Shown: positions 12,390-26,047 of the stretch, piece by piece
Position numbering within the stretch: position 1 is the stretch's first letter
Layout: each line of letters starts with the position of its first letter
Assembly: GCA_030141605.1 (NCBI GenBank)
Contig: JAQGDQ010000118.1
Span: 496,001-560,000 of the forward strand
Reading direction: 5' to 3'
DNA length: 64,000 nucleotides
Origin: Tubiluchus corallicola
Lineage: Eukaryota; Animalia; Priapulida
Made by a program: the position numbers and the translations under genes
Notes under the pieces: model-generated
The model's input: only the letters and a program-made list of their open reading frames with translations
Told to the model about the DNA's origin: nothing
The model's database searches: none

Positions 12390-12809
12390 CAGGGGTGTGC
12401 AAAGTGCGGCGCGCAGCCGAGAGATCTTCTGCGGCCCGCGAAGACGTTTGTCAACGTAATGAAAATACGGCACACGCAATCCAGCTGAAGTCTGCGCCAA
12501 TATCGCAAAGATAGTGCGGGTAGTTTTTTCCTCTAGATCGGATGGCATTAACCCTTACAAGACCGTTGTCACTTAATGTCACTGTCGGACATGACAAAAT
12601 ATATGGTTTTTAATATAAATTTTGATAACTTCTAAAATAGTTTCTTCAGTGTAGTAGTGCAGTAGTGATGATGTGCGCAAATCGGATGCAAAAAAAACTG
12701 GTTATTAGGTCCTACTGTACTTGGCTCCTTGACCAAACTGCCTGTGGCCCGCAGGAATTGCGGGGATGCTTTATGTGGCCCGGCTAGTCAGATAATTTGC
12801 ACACCCCTG
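12390..12809. mobile_element. hAT MITE family A
   Basis: 14-bp TIRs; perfect TSD ccttatat. Confidence 0.88.
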
Positions 12810-13425
12810 CCTTATATTATTATATTGTCACTGTTTTTAAGCACTGGGTATAGCAGTCTGCTGTCTTCTTGGTTAACACATGTATTTTGTTATTTGAAAC
12901 CTCAAATAATTTAATACGCCAAGTGCAGTTTACTGATTTTAAGCTAGTATAGAAAATTTTGTATTTACGTAAATTATCTGTAAATCGTGATAACTGATAC
13001 TTTTTCTGGTGCAGAAATATTGCAATTATTAACTCAAAGTATGGAATTTGTTCAGTTTTGTTTTATATCTAGTACATATGTATAGCGGTTTTAGTATCGT
13101 TACATTTTTTAGCATCTTTTCGGTGTTTGTTAGACATTAGTACACGTTATTAATTAACATTCCAGTAAAGAATGTTGTAATACTGGTTACAAAACATTTA
13201 ATTTACTTTTTGCTTGTATTGTAAACTAAGGCATTTTTGTGACAAATATATTTTTATGTAGATATGCCTCTTTACCTGAGACATATGTTGTTTGTTGTAA
13301 AACATTACAAAGTATGTAAAAATAAATAAAAAAGCATTTGCGATGGGAAGTGTTGTCAGCAAATCTATGGCTCTGGCACTATTGGGGAGCGGGGAACATT
13401 CTTTTAGCATAACATCAGCAGCATC

Positions 13426-13835
13426 TGTTGTGGAGATCGCTGACGTGGAGTAGAATTGCATAGAACATCGCAGAATGTTCCGTCGGAATGATCGCCTTAG
13501 CGTCTGGATTGTTCTCGAACATTTGTTGGAGAAGTTTCTGCAATGCGCTATATAAGGCGAAGCAGGCTGCCGACACGGGATCGCACATCGCACGCAGATC
13601 TAACACGGACTTATACTTACTCTTTTATAATTATTTAAACATTTTCCAGATTTTCACGTTTAGTATAATCTTTTATAATTATTTAAACATTTTCCAGATT
13701 TTCACGTTTAGTATAATCATTTCAAAGTTCCTTCATACTTGTGTTGTAAGAATTCTCGCTCAATAAAGTAATAACATTTAACGGCGTGTTGTCTAGTTTT
13801 CTCTACGAGCCTTCCGAGAGAAACAAAACACAAAA
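13426..13835 (+). mobile_element. Solo LTR family B
   Basis: tgttgtgg...cacaaaa, 5-bp TSD gcatc; internal ~49-bp tandem duplication at ~13621-13718. Confidence 0.8.
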
Positions 13836-14914
13836 GCATCGAAATTTATAGCACCTCATTACCAGTAAACTTAGCACTCATGACTTATTATTTTAATTTT
13901 TAATTGTGAATTTAGTTCATGAACTTGATGACTTGATATCAAAGTGCAGTTAAACTTGCTGATACCACCAACTTTGACACTACTGCAAAAAAGTTGGCAT
14001 TAAGTGAGTTTGGCATTATAAAGAAGAGAATTGACACAATTGCATGTCTATGCAAATATAGACATTTTGTTTTGCCAAAAATATGGGCGTTTAGTAAGGT
14101 TGGCGTTATAAAGAGGTGCTTTATATCGAGGTTATGTGTTTTGCAATGTGAAATTAAAACTGTTGCCTGTTGTGTAAAATTGCCTGAAATTAACGTGTGA
14201 AACACAACGTAGTTAGACGTAAATGGACTATATATGACATAAGGGTTGTTTATTAGAGGCGTTAGACTGTGAGCCGTTTTGCCTCATGGTTTCTGTCAAT
14301 TTGGCATGTTTTCTAAAATTATGAATTCATTTCATGGTTTTGGTATAATCAGTTGAGATGACGTATTCAGTAGAACTTACACGGTACCAATTCATTGGAA
14401 AACTGAGCGGTGTTAGACCAGGTATCAGCAGGACATGTTAGGTACCGTCATAGCCATGTTTTAAGAGTTTGCACTTATTTTTGCAGATTTTGGTTCTTGC
14501 TCGTATATGAATATAAATATATATGTATATGAATTATATGAGTATATGAATTCTAGTATTCGCGTGATAGGCATTCTGTTGCGATGTACAGTGTATAGTG
14601 CACTACACATTTACAAGTACATTTGCATAATCCTTTTTGTATCTAGATGTAGCCTTTTCTTCATTACTGTTATTTGGATGAATAATGAATGATATAAAGT
14701 TTAGAATTCTCTAAATAAACGCATTTTAGCCACAGCATAGCTACAGCAAATTGACAATGACAATTATAATATCAAAACCCAAAGGAATTCGTTAGCTTGC
14801 AAATGTAAGCCAAACAGAAGCTCAAAACTTCATCGTGTGATTTGCTTGTAAACGATATGCTGTAAATTTTAGGTTGAACGACTGTTGAGAGAAGAGTGCA
14901 ACTAACTGAAAATA

Positions 14915-15685
14915 ATGGAAACATATTCACTGATCTACTACAAGTGTACAGCATGCTCTGAATGTTTTATGGCAGAGGAAACGTTTTTTGCTCACACGAG
15001 AACTTGGCATTGCAAGATACTAATTAGTGAAGGTCACGACCCAGTACCAAGTGATAGTGATGTAAGTGGTTTTTACGTCAAAACCGAACCTTCGTTTCAG
15101 TTTGATTCGCATGTTGAACCTGAGTGTTCAAAAGATTTGGAAATGGAACCTGTATTTGGAAGAACCGGTAACGAGCAGTTGGAATTTGATGCTCCATTTG
15201 ATGGAAGTAGCGTTAACGTGAAAAAAGTGGATGTAGTTAAAGATGGACCTGATGTTGCTTCACAGCTAGGCACACCATTTATGACCGTACTTGATGAAGG
15301 CCGGGATAGACTGTGCTTAGTAAAGCAGGGCTATTCTGTGACTAAGAAACTTGAAGAAGAGCCTTTTTTTGCAAATCAAAGGCAAAATATGATTGCTGGT
15401 GTGAAGCTGAAGACCAACAGAGCTCTATGGAGGAACACTAGAACAAGTACTCTTTCAAAGCAAAAGAATTTAAGTGTTGACCACTCAACCCGTGAACCGC
15501 AATTGAAACGCATAACTGGTTTTGCTTGTGCATTCTGTAAAAAGGTATTCACATCAGTATCGCTTCTGACACGCCATGAAAGAATTCATACCGGCGAGCG
15601 TCCGTATGAGTGTAGCATATGTCACATGCGTTTTAAACGAACAGATCATGTACAAGGACATATGAGACGCCATTTTAGAGAATAG
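14915..15685 (+). CDS. C2H2 zinc-finger protein ZF-4
   Basis: 256 aa, same architecture; acceptor gctgtaaattttag ends 14872; in-frame TAA in the leader. Confidence 0.92.
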   Translation: METYSLIYYKCTACSECFMAEETFFAHTRTWHCKILISEGHDPVPSDSDVSGFYVKTEPSFQFDSHVEPECSKDLEMEPVFGRTGNEQLEFDAPFDGSSVNVKKVDVVKDGPDVASQLGTPFMTVLDEGRDRLCLVKQGYSVTKKLEEEPFFANQRQNMIAGVKLKTNRALWRNTRTSTLSKQKNLSVDHSTREPQLKRITGFACAFCKKVFTSVSLLTRHERIHTGERPYECSICHMRFKRTDHVQGHMRRHFRE

Positions 15686-15888
15686 AAATCTGCCCAACCT
15701 ACTTAAAAAAGTATATTGTTTTTATTAGAGTTGAATTTTAAAATGCTGAGTTAATGACATTCATTAGTATTGAACTCATCCGCATCATATTGAGTTTGAA
15801 AAGGCACTGAAAATTACTATGCAGCACAAATTCTTCCAGTTTAAATCCAACCTCGCAAAATAATTCTGTACAATAAAAACTTTAATGT

Positions 15889-16261
15889 ACAGCCAAACCC
15901 TCTTTTCAGAACAATGTCTACATTTGCAGACATTAATGCGCCCGATTGTAATGCCAAACTCAGTTAACACCAAAGTTTTTTGGAGTCGCAAAGTAGGTGG
16001 TATAAAGAGGTTGACCTCTTTTCAGAACAATGTCTACATTTGCAGACATTAGTGCGCCTGATTGTAATGCCAAACTCGCTTACACCAAAGTTTTTTGCAG
16101 TCCTAAAGTAGGTGGTATAAAGAGGTTGACCTCTTTTCAGGACAAAATGTCTACATTTGCATAGATATTTAGGTATTAACACACCTCATTATAATGCCAA
16201 ACTTGCCTAATGCCAATTTTTTTTGTAGCCCCAATGTAGGTGGTATAAAGAGGTTTGATTG
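15889..16261. mobile_element. Old Tc1/pogo-like MITE containing ~116-bp internal tandem units (x3)
   Basis: cagccaaaccctctt ... aagaggtttgattg ends; units start ~15900, 16016, 16131; inverted diverged homolog at ~13950-14130. Confidence 0.5.
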
Positions 16262-16469
16262 CTTACGTATTTTTGTGATCTATTTATTTCAATGCACAGC
16301 TTCCAAATTCTGTTCAGTGAATAACCCACCTGAAGATTTCTTTGTTTGGCCTTAGATTTGACACAATTTTACTCCATTTTATGTAGGAATCTAGTTTAGG
16401 CAGTTTTATATTTAAAAATTTGCTATAACAATGTATTGCTTTCTGAGTTCATACTGTGTAATAATCAGA

Positions 16470-16716
16470 TACAGGCAACTACGTATGAGCATATAGAACA
16501 GGTAACTATGCATGAACATATTGAACAGGTAACTATGTATGAACATATTGAACAGGCAACTACGTATGAACATATTGAGCAGGTAACTACGCATGAACAT
16601 ATTGAACAGGTAACTACATATGAACATATTGAACAGGTAACTATGCATGAACATACTGAACAGGTAACTACGTATGAACATATTGAACAGGTAACTATGC
16701 ATGAACATATTGAACA
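16470..16716. repeat. 27-bp minisatellite (~9 copies)
   Basis: Unit acaggtaactatgcatgaacatattga. Confidence 0.92.
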
Positions 16717-18246
16717 TTGTGACAGATTAAGATAATAAATAAGTTATTTAAATTTTGTTATGGCAATAGGCGATTACTGGTGTTGTGTATGATGTTTATG
16801 ATTTTCAGTCTGTTGGCAAAACTTTCAATGATTTTAGAAGGCTCTGGCGTAAACTGTAATTGAGGTGCCCAAGACTTGAGAAGTTTCGAAATATTTGTAT
16901 TTGGTTCAGAAGACACCATGACTTCTCAAGACCGAACTAAGCAGTATCCTTCCATTTTACTGTTCTGCTGTAGTGTTGCTGCTTGATTACGGTGTTGTTT
17001 ACACAGTTTTTTCACAATGAATGTATATAATTCACCACATATAGTGAGTTTCTAGAAGAAGCGTTGTTATCGTAAATATAAGATAAGTGGGAAGTATATT
17101 TCATTTACGTTCAACTTTGTTTCTGATTAATGAGATTATAAGGACGATGTTGTATAGTCCATAAAGTGCTACAAAAATTAATGTTTAACAAAACCTCTTT
17201 AATTGTGTACTGTCATAGTGAAAGAATAGTGCAGTCTATGGTGCACTGCACTACTACACATAAGCCTGAGTGGACTGTCATAGTTTACCTCCTGACAGCC
17301 TTGAACAAACATAGCTTAATATTCTGAACTGTTCCAATCTGCAATTAAAAGCAAATGAAAGTTATTTATATTATACATATATATAAATTTTTATTTATTT
17401 AGAAAAAAACAAATGAATAAATAAATAAAATAAAAAGCAAATGCAATACAACTGCTACAACAAATTACACTGCATTTGTGCAGCAACAGTGTGTACATTT
17501 CATATTTACTTATTATATTTGTATTTCCTATTTGTATTTACTTATCATATTTACTTATTTCATATTTGTACTTATTATACAAAGTATAATACAACTGGTA
17601 TCGTACAAGTTATAATTGAACAGAAATCAGGCCTTCATGCACACTAGGTATGTGTAATAAAAATAAATTTGAAATAATACGATATTTCCAAAAGATACCT
17701 GTTTATGGAAAGTTACAATGTGGTCTCACTTCGCACAAATCAGCAGCCAAGAGTTGATAGATTCAATGTAAATGTTTTACTCAGCTTCTAAACTTAAGCA
17801 AATTTAAATATAGTTGTATAATACGCAGGAAACTGCTCTCTGACCCATGTTACGAAGAATTTGCTGTACAAGTGTAAATAAAAATTTCAAATTTGAGTTT
17901 GTGTTCGAGTGACATGACATGATCTTCGAAACCAAAATCAACCTGGCAATTAAAATGGAGTTGTTTGCTGCAACCTACGATAATGGGCTACTTAAAAAAA
18001 CAATCCAAGTTTCGCCCCAGTGACCATGTCAAAGTTTATGGGAGTGTTTTTAAGTTTAAAGTGGCATTTATGTAGCATAAGGATGCGGGTGAGGAATAGA
18101 TAAAATCAGGTCATATTATTTTCGATGCACCCATTTATGCAGCCTGCGTAAGCACTTCTTTCTGAAGCTTTTTCTTATTGATTTTTTTCCGATGGTGGAA
18201 AACGCATCTGCTAGATAAACTCCACTTAAAGGGAAACTGCTTTATA

Positions 18247-19107
18247 CTAAGTGTCAAAACAGTCCCGAGTATCTTGCTGCTCGTGTTTAGTTTTGTGATG
18301 GCTGAGTTGCCACCCGTGTTGGAAATTCTTCAAGCAGATATCACAGACAAAAGGTCTTTCTCCTGTATGAATTCTCTCATGGCGTTTCACGTGGGCAGGA
18401 CTTGGACAAACCTTCTTGCACCATCTGCAAGCATAACCACTAACACGTTCAATGTTTCCTCTAACACTTTCACTTTCAGTGTTTCGCATGGCAGTGTTTC
18501 CTCTGCCACGTGCAATACTTGTTTTTTGTATAGACTTTCGCTTAAATTTTTCTGATAGAGGTGTGCAATTATTAAATTCTGGTTTTGGAAATATGCAAGT
18601 GTTAGTTACAGAGGAAGACGTTTTGTTGCCGTGTGCACCCGGGGTTACCATATGGCACTCTCTGTTTGCTCGTAAAGAGTGTTGAAAACTGTTACTGTCA
18701 GAAACCAAATTGCTTGGATGAAATTGCAAAAGCGGCTGAACAATAGGCAGTAAATCTGTTACGCCTTGCAGAAAATTGTTGCTAAATTCCATAATTTCAA
18801 TGTCACTATTGTCGCTTTCGTTTTTTACAGCCATACGTTGTCTCTCCTCATTGACATGTTGTAAAACAGAGTACGCTTCAGAGTTTTCCTCCGAAAGTTT
18901 GGCTTCTGCGGAGCTCGGGTCTGCAGGGCTATCGGTCCCGGGCACTTCGATTTTCACAGTTGTTTGGTTGCTGATCTCCATGACCTGCCCTTCACTGACC
19001 AATATCTTACAGTGCCATGTTCTACTGTGAGCAAAAAACATATCTTCGGCGATGAAACATTCGGAACAAGCCGTGCATTTGAAGTAAATGAGAGATTCTG
19101 ATTCCAT
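18247..19107 (-). CDS. C2H2 zinc-finger protein ZF-5
   Basis: ATG at 19107 (MESESLIYFKCTAC...); two C2H2 with TGERPF linker; acceptor ttggtttcag, exon starts 19153; in-frame TGA in the leader. Confidence 0.92.
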   Translation of the reverse strand: MESESLIYFKCTACSECFIAEDMFFAHSRTWHCKILVSEGQVMEISNQTTVKIEVPGTDSPADPSSAEAKLSEENSEAYSVLQHVNEERQRMAVKNESDNSDIEIMEFSNNFLQGVTDLLPIVQPLLQFHPSNLVSDSNSFQHSLRANRECHMVTPGAHGNKTSSSVTNTCIFPKPEFNNCTPLSEKFKRKSIQKTSIARGRGNTAMRNTESESVRGNIERVSGYACRWCKKVCPSPAHVKRHERIHTGERPFVCDICLKNFQHGWQLSHHKTKHEQQDTRDCFDT

Positions 19108-19284
19108 TCTTTGTCTGGGTATTAACTTTTTCAAGCTTCAGTTTTGTACAACCCTGAAACCAACGGAGAACAAAACGTGAAACATGTCCTTTCAATCACA
19201 ACACACAAACCTACTTGATGATTGCCTATAAATGTAAGCCAACAAATTTCACGACTTGGGTAAGTAATAATTGTCACTTTAAAC

Positions 19285-19684
19285 CAGGGGTGTGCAAATT
19301 ATCTGACTAGCCGGGCCACATTAAACTTTCCCGCAATTCCTGCAGGCCAGAGGCACTTTGATCAAGGAGCCAAGCACAGAAATGCCTAATAACGATTTTT
19401 TTGCATCCGACCTGCATACATCATTACTACTACACTCAAGAAACTATTTTAGAAGTTATTAAAATTTATATTACAAACAATATATTTCTACTTTCAGGAC
19501 AGATAGTGGTAATTTCATTACAATGCATATTAGTAATGTGTATCACACAGTCTGTGTAGTACAGTGACATTAAGCTACAACCGTCTTGTAAGAGTTAATG
19601 GCATCCGACAAATCTCTTCGCGGGCCGCACAAATTCTCTCGGAGGGCCACAAGTGGCCCGCGGGCCTCAATTTGCACACCCCCG
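19285..19684. mobile_element. hAT MITE family A
   Basis: TIRs; perfect TSD ctttaaac. Confidence 0.88.
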
Positions 19685-20462
19685 CTTTAAACTTAGTGGA
19701 GACAATTAATAAAGGTGGACGATTGGTAACTCCCTAACTGCACTATCAAACATTAGGACTGAGTCTATGCTGTACAGTATCAGTTATGGAGTTTACACGA
19801 AGGTCACACAGGCAGACTCTGTATGCAAGCCCTATTGTTCGCTATTGTGTGAAAACATGTAACACCTAATTAACAACGATCGCGGCTCGTCGACTTGGGA
19901 ACAGGCTAGTCCAGATGTCAAACAAATTAGCTTCATGCTGAATTAAGCAATTAGGAATATTCATGAGAATAGATTCGCACTAATAATTTTGCTCCACGTT
20001 ACTCAAAACATTGCAAAACTGCCAAGACACGTTAAATCACCATGAATGCTCGATATAGTCGAGGTGCTCGATATGGGACCACAATTAAGTATGGCACAGC
20101 AATTAGGGTTAAAACTGTGTTGTTGTCCATTTCTCAAGTGCAAATTTGGCGCCAAAAGAACAAATATTTATAATAAGCCTCAAACAGGCCATTTGCTACA
20201 AATGACCAAATTCCCCAATGCCAATTGTAGTGCTGAAAATGAGCAGACTTAATAACGAACACGAAAACGCAACAGCTCAGCAGTATTGTCAGCCACCATA
20301 AGAGCTAGCTAGCGGTGGATAATCCAGCACGAATACCGCTTTTGTTATTAGTTAATTGGTTAGTGGCCGGATTCAAAGCATGCTTTTATGTAAAGTCAGT
20401 GAGCAATCAAATGCAAGTCGAATCGAATTATTGGCTTGCAAATTCAAATTGAACATTTAAAG

Positions 20463-20893
20463 CAGGGGTGTGCAAACTGCAGCCCGCCGAGAGATCTTGT
20501 GCGGCCCGCGAAGAGGTTTGTCAACGTAATGAAAGTGTGGCCCATGCGATCCAGCTGAAGTCTGCACCATTGTCGCAAAGATAGTGCGGGTAGTTTTTTC
20601 CTCTAGATCGGATGGCATTAACACTTACAAGACCGTTGTCACTTAATGTCACTGCCGGACATGACGAAATATATGGTTTTTAATATAAATTTTAATAACT
20701 TCTAAAATAGTTTCTTGAGTGTAGTAGTGCAGTAGTAATGATGTGCCAGATCAGATGCAGAAAAATTATTATTAAGTCCTACTGTACTTGGCTCCTTGAT
20801 CAAACTACAAACTGCAAACTCCATTGACCGGCCCACGGGAATTGCGGGAAACTTTGATGTGGCCCGGCTAGTCAGATAATTTGCACACCCCTG
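20463..20893. mobile_element. hAT MITE family A
   Basis: TIRs; perfect TSD atttaaag; opposite orientation to the 19285 copy. Confidence 0.88.
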
Positions 20894-21422
20894 ATTTAAA
20901 GCCTCTGAATAATACTAATAATGTATGCAAAAAAATAAAATTTTGTCAGAAAATTCCGCACAGACATAGTCATTGAATTATGCTGATTGCATGACGTTTG
21001 AAACATTTTAGTAATAAAAAACGAATGCAGTTATGCAATTGAAGTGCTGAATTACTCGGAATTGAAATAAAATTAAAAAAACTTATTCAAGTCGAAGTCG
21101 GACATCTGATGTTCATCCTTAACTGACATTTCAACAAAAATAAAACATCATAATGTAACATAAATATATCAATCATCAAGTAAAAATAATACATCTGTCA
21201 GTGTGGATAACTTCTTATTATTACAGCCAGATATTGAGCTGCTAGAAGATATAATACAATAAGCAAAAAAATTAAAAACAACTTCATGAGGCTGTACGAT
21301 TAAGGTGGTTTTGTCGAGATACTTAACACAAGAAACAGATGATAAAATATCGCAGTTACAACAAAGTATTATTTACATTAAACAGCCTTTGAAACGAACT
21401 TGCATGTATTGAAAAAAAGCTT

Positions 21423-22304
21423 TTATCTTTTATGCGTTGCGTATATATGTGACTTGAGCAGCCAGCCATGTCGATAGCTTTTCAAGCAAATTTCACAAAC
21501 ATAAGGTTTTTCACCGGTGTGGATGCGTTCGTGGCGTTTCACGTGCGCTGTGCTGTTGAAAACTTTCTTACACCACCTACAAGCGAAACCTGTGACACGT
21601 TCTATATCACCTTGAACACCTGAAATGTCCGTGTTTGGATTGGTTGAAGTGTTTCCTTTGCCACTCAGAAAGGGTCTTTTGGAAGTAGCGGCACGCGCCG
21701 TCTGTTTTTGTTTAAGTTTACCCATTAGAGGTCTGCAATTCTGCGATTTCGAAAATTTGTTCACGTGGCTACTTTCAACTGTTTTGTTATCACCTGATGC
21801 GTATTGGTTCCTTGATTGGCTGTTTAACACGCTTGTTCCAGGTAATGTACCACAAGACGTTGAAGGATATTTTGACAAATCGAAGGGAGAAAAACCACCG
21901 AGAAATGAATGAGAGAATGGCAGAGTATCTGGCATCCTCACGGCACTTTGCATGAGATTATCATTAAATTCACACATAATTTCAATGTCATTGTTGTCAT
22001 TTTCAGGTTTCAAATCAACTGTTTGAGCTTCTGTTTCCCCGCCTTGTGGATCATTTGATATTTCCAGGTCGTCATCTGCAAGTCTGTAATGATGTGTGGC
22101 TTCTATGGAGTTGAGATTCGAATCACTGTCAGCTGCTGTTTCTTCTTTCACTGGAATTATTTGGTCTTCAACGTCCACGACTTGACCTTCGCTGATTAGA
22201 ATCTTACAGTGCCAGGTTCTACTGTGAGCAAAGAAAACCTCTTCAGTCATGAAACATTCAGAACACGCTGTGCACTTGAAATAAACGGTAGACTCAGACT
22301 GCAT
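21423..22304 (-). CDS. C2H2 zinc-finger protein ZF-6
   Basis: 293 aa, same architecture, TGEKPY linker; acceptor ttgtttctccattag, exon starts 22353. Confidence 0.92.
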   Translation of the reverse strand: MQSESTVYFKCTACSECFMTEEVFFAHSRTWHCKILISEGQVVDVEDQIIPVKEETAADSDSNLNSIEATHHYRLADDDLEISNDPQGGETEAQTVDLKPENDNNDIEIMCEFNDNLMQSAVRMPDTLPFSHSFLGGFSPFDLSKYPSTSCGTLPGTSVLNSQSRNQYASGDNKTVESSHVNKFSKSQNCRPLMGKLKQKQTARAATSKRPFLSGKGNTSTNPNTDISGVQGDIERVTGFACRWCKKVFNSTAHVKRHERIHTGEKPYVCEICLKSYRHGWLLKSHIYATHKR

Positions 22305-23748
22305 TTTTCTGTTTTGTGCTGATGGTTTAAGCTCCTGGCTAAAATCCTGTAACCTAATGGAGAAACAAGCCTTAAAGTCTACAGTATATAGTATATATAT
22401 ATATATGTATAACGTTAATATTTTATAGTTTTCTGAAATATAATGTACAACACAATGATAGGAAAAAAATTCTAATTTGTCAATAATGACGGCACGTTTG
22501 ACGACATTTAAGAGTCACAAACCAAACTTTAAAATTTAAAAATGCACCCATACTGCTACTAGTTAAATAACCAGCTACGAATGCTTCAAATGCAGCTATC
22601 AACATTGCATATCGTGCAAGCAACTGAGGCTAATGGAAGCTGTAAACGATTTGCAGAACGAACAGAATCCGCAAGCAAAAGCGAATAAAGCTGCAAATCA
22701 TGCACGTGCTTGCCTCTATATTAATACCTGGACAGTTCTCACACTACTACAAGTCTTCACACTGTGCAAAGTAAAGTGACGAGTTGACAAACAATTTGAA
22801 CATCTACAATTAGTAATATATAATATAGTCTATTAGTGTATACAGGTTGGTCATTGCTCAAAAGGACAAGTAAACACTCTTCATAAATAAAAATTCATCT
22901 CAAAATTTTGCGTCACTTACTTGGTGTCTTACTGCATACAGAGCTTGTCAGCTATGGGCTTTGTCACACTTTAAAAAAATTGATGCACAAGCAGTTAGGG
23001 GGTCTGGGGGAGCGCTGTAAGCTCCACTAACAGGTTCCGGGGCAGAGCCCCGGGCCACCAACGCATTTTCCTGTATTTAAGCACATTTTGGAGGCCCCAA
23101 ATGAGATCTAAATTCTGGTACATAGACTTCTTCAAACGTGCTAAAATTCTGTTTTAATAACATTTAGTTAGGTAATATTCATTGTATTCTATTGTAGTAG
23201 TCATATATCAAGATTATCTACCCAGCAAAATGTGGAAATGTGGATAGTCAAGCATAAAACTGATCACACAGCTCAGCCACTGTTCATACAAAAGTTGGCG
23301 TGCGTGCTAATTTTTTCCACCGGACACAGCTAAACGTCACGGCCACACATGCATTTTACTGCATTTCAGACCATTTTGTGGTTGCTAGAAGCTATTTCCT
23401 CAGGCAAGTTCACTAGCCTAAAATTCATTACACAAACTCATTGTGCAAACAAACAAGGGTTGGTGTGTTTCTTGGTTTGCTGCTAAAAAATTTTACTACT
23501 CATAAAAAAATTTAATTCAAAAAATTCTGTGGATGCATGTGCATCCGTGACGTTAGCAGTAATATTGCATAAAACTTTTAAATTTAAACTCCTGCAATGA
23601 CCGTTAGGTGCAACCATCTTAATGGTAAATCGTTTGAAATATTTTGAAACAAGTTTTGATAACATTGCATATTGTTTGAAAAAATAAATATCTAGAGTAT
23701 TCATAGCACACTATTTAGTAACTAAGCAAAAATTTAAATTACTGTGTA

Positions 23749-24139
23749 CAGGCAACCCTCGTTAAACCGGACTAATTGGGGGGTGGGTGTTCCGGTTTAG
23801 CCGATTGTCCGATTTATCCGATACGCCTATATATGGTCCATATTATACAGAAATAATCACCTTAATACGGCCTATATACATTGCACTATATACAATGCTG
23901 TATATTACTTTAAAATAGTTAATCTGTGAAGATAAAAAAATTAGCGAGTGCTTTCGATGGGGTAAGCAAACTGAATTTTGGCGGGAATAGTAAGGCGGTA
24001 CCGCGAGCCGCTTCGGCCCGTCAGTGGGTCGTCGTGAGTTGGTAGGCCGTGTTGTGTTTAGCGCTCCGGCTCGGTCGGAAATCGGTTAGTCTTATCCGAT
24101 ATCCGGGCTAAAAGGGTCTGGTTTAATGAGGGTCGACTG
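23749..24139. mobile_element. pogo/Tigger-like MITE family D
   Basis: TA|caggcaaccctcgttaaaccgga ... ggtttaatgagggtcgactg|TA; second copy at 30083. Confidence 0.82.
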
Positions 24140-26047
24140 TATTATCAATAGGATCATTAATGTATTATTTTGGTGAACCAGTTTGCACACTGGAACGGTG
24201 ATACAATGATATTTTCTCAAACAAGTGAGCATAATGCTAAGCAAAATAACCTGGGGCATATCAAGAAATTATGACGCCCTAGGCCAAAGTTGACAGTTCA
24301 GTCCCACCACAACAAACAAACAAAAAAACAAATCTTGTGGTGTATTAGTAGCACCACCGTTACATTATATGTAGTTATTGTTATTGACATATATTTGCAT
24401 AGCAATTATATCTGAGAAGGCTTGCGGTCTCTCAGGTCTCTTTCAGGCAATAATTGTGGCGTTTACATAAAAACCGACTGAATATAGACACAGACAAACT
24501 TAGGCAAAATTTTAATTATCATTACATAGATGTTAGGCTGCATAGGCCTAAATGTGTGTTAAGTAGCTAATTAATCAGTGATTACTTTTTAACTGGCGTT
24601 AATAATAGTGCATTTATCCAACTCAGAATCCGATTAAAAGCTAATTTCACAAAATCCAAGTGTTTTAAAATTAACTCGCAACTCTTGTCATAGACTCACA
24701 GTGAAATATTCAAGGAAGCACTGGAAATCTTCTGAATTCGACAAAATTTCGGGAGTTTTGGCTTTTGCTAGTGCCTGGCAGAATGCGCGCACAGTGTTAA
24801 CAGTTTAACAACGTGCTATCTCAGATTGACTCGTGATCTAAAAACTCCAAAAGTTTTATGATTTTTGCCATATTATACGTACTTGTAGCAATCTTAGAAG
24901 TTTTAGTCGATGTCATAAAGAAAACAGGATATAATGGCATGTGGATAAAGTTTTGCTAAAGCCTAAAACTTCTTGTTGTTTCTGCCAAAACTAAGCAGTG
25001 CATATAAATTGACTCACTGGCTAGGCATTGTTAGAAATTGAAATATGTTAATGTCGCAACATAAAACCTGGGCCGATTTAATTATTGATAAACTGAGTCA
25101 AATGATTCACTCACGGCAAATGTGTTAAAGATTCCAATGATTATTATGTTGTGTGCTGTATGTTATCAAATGAACGGTGTTGGTTTACAATCTACTGATG
25201 ATGCTAACTGCAAAATTATTGTAAATAGCAACTTTAACAGCACAAGTTTTTAGCTAAATTTGGAAGCATTTTGGCACAATTTACTTAAATGTAGGATATC
25301 TCTGTTCAACATGTATTGCTGCGGGTTTGTATGAAAATACATGTAATAGTGCATTTATTTATAATAACGTGCAGACAAAGAAAATTTTAATAACGTCAAA
25401 GAAGCCTGCACACAAGGTCATAGGCTAGATGTTTCAGTGTACAAAACAAAACTTTCGTAAACAAAAGTCCAAAAAAGAAGTTATTATGTCGCTTAATATA
25501 ATGTAAATTTAAACTGAAAGAAAATTGTTTTGAAAATTATCTTTGTCATAAATATATATATCTTTTGATCTTAACTGTCAAAAGTTAGATAGAGGTGCAT
25601 CTTCTAGAACATATTCGTGTGTCACCATGTAATAATCATTTTTATCGTGTTATTGTCGTGACTTATTGACTGTATGACGCGATTGTCGGGACGTACACAT
25701 ATTACTGAATAATGCATGCTTTCATTACAGGTTAGTGTGGCGTGAAAGAAATCGGCAAAATGTGGAAATTCTGTAATAGCCGGACTACTGCAGTACCAAC
25801 ATAAAATCGTCACTATAATTGCAGTCAGTGCATTGACTGTAGTTATACATGCAGTGCAGACATTACCAACAGTGTTAATGATCAACTTAGAGGTGTTGCA
25901 TTAAAAGGACACTGTGAACTCGTGTAGCATGCACAGTATTTTGAAGATCACAATCGCTGAGCTTTATATCCAGTATTGATGGTGTGTGGACCCTTGCAAA
26001 CTATTGGCCAAAATTTCATAAACAAGAAAGATTCACGTGCAAGAAGC

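Noticed and set aside
16412-16735. Repeat protein ORFs (EQVTMHEHI)n, or a CRISPR-like array
   Set aside because: Contiguous 27-bp minisatellite with no unique spacers, in a eukaryotic context; the ORFs are artefacts
19108-19134. N-terminal extension of ZF-5 given in the ORF track
   Set aside because: It starts at TTG; paralog alignment places the start at ATG 19107
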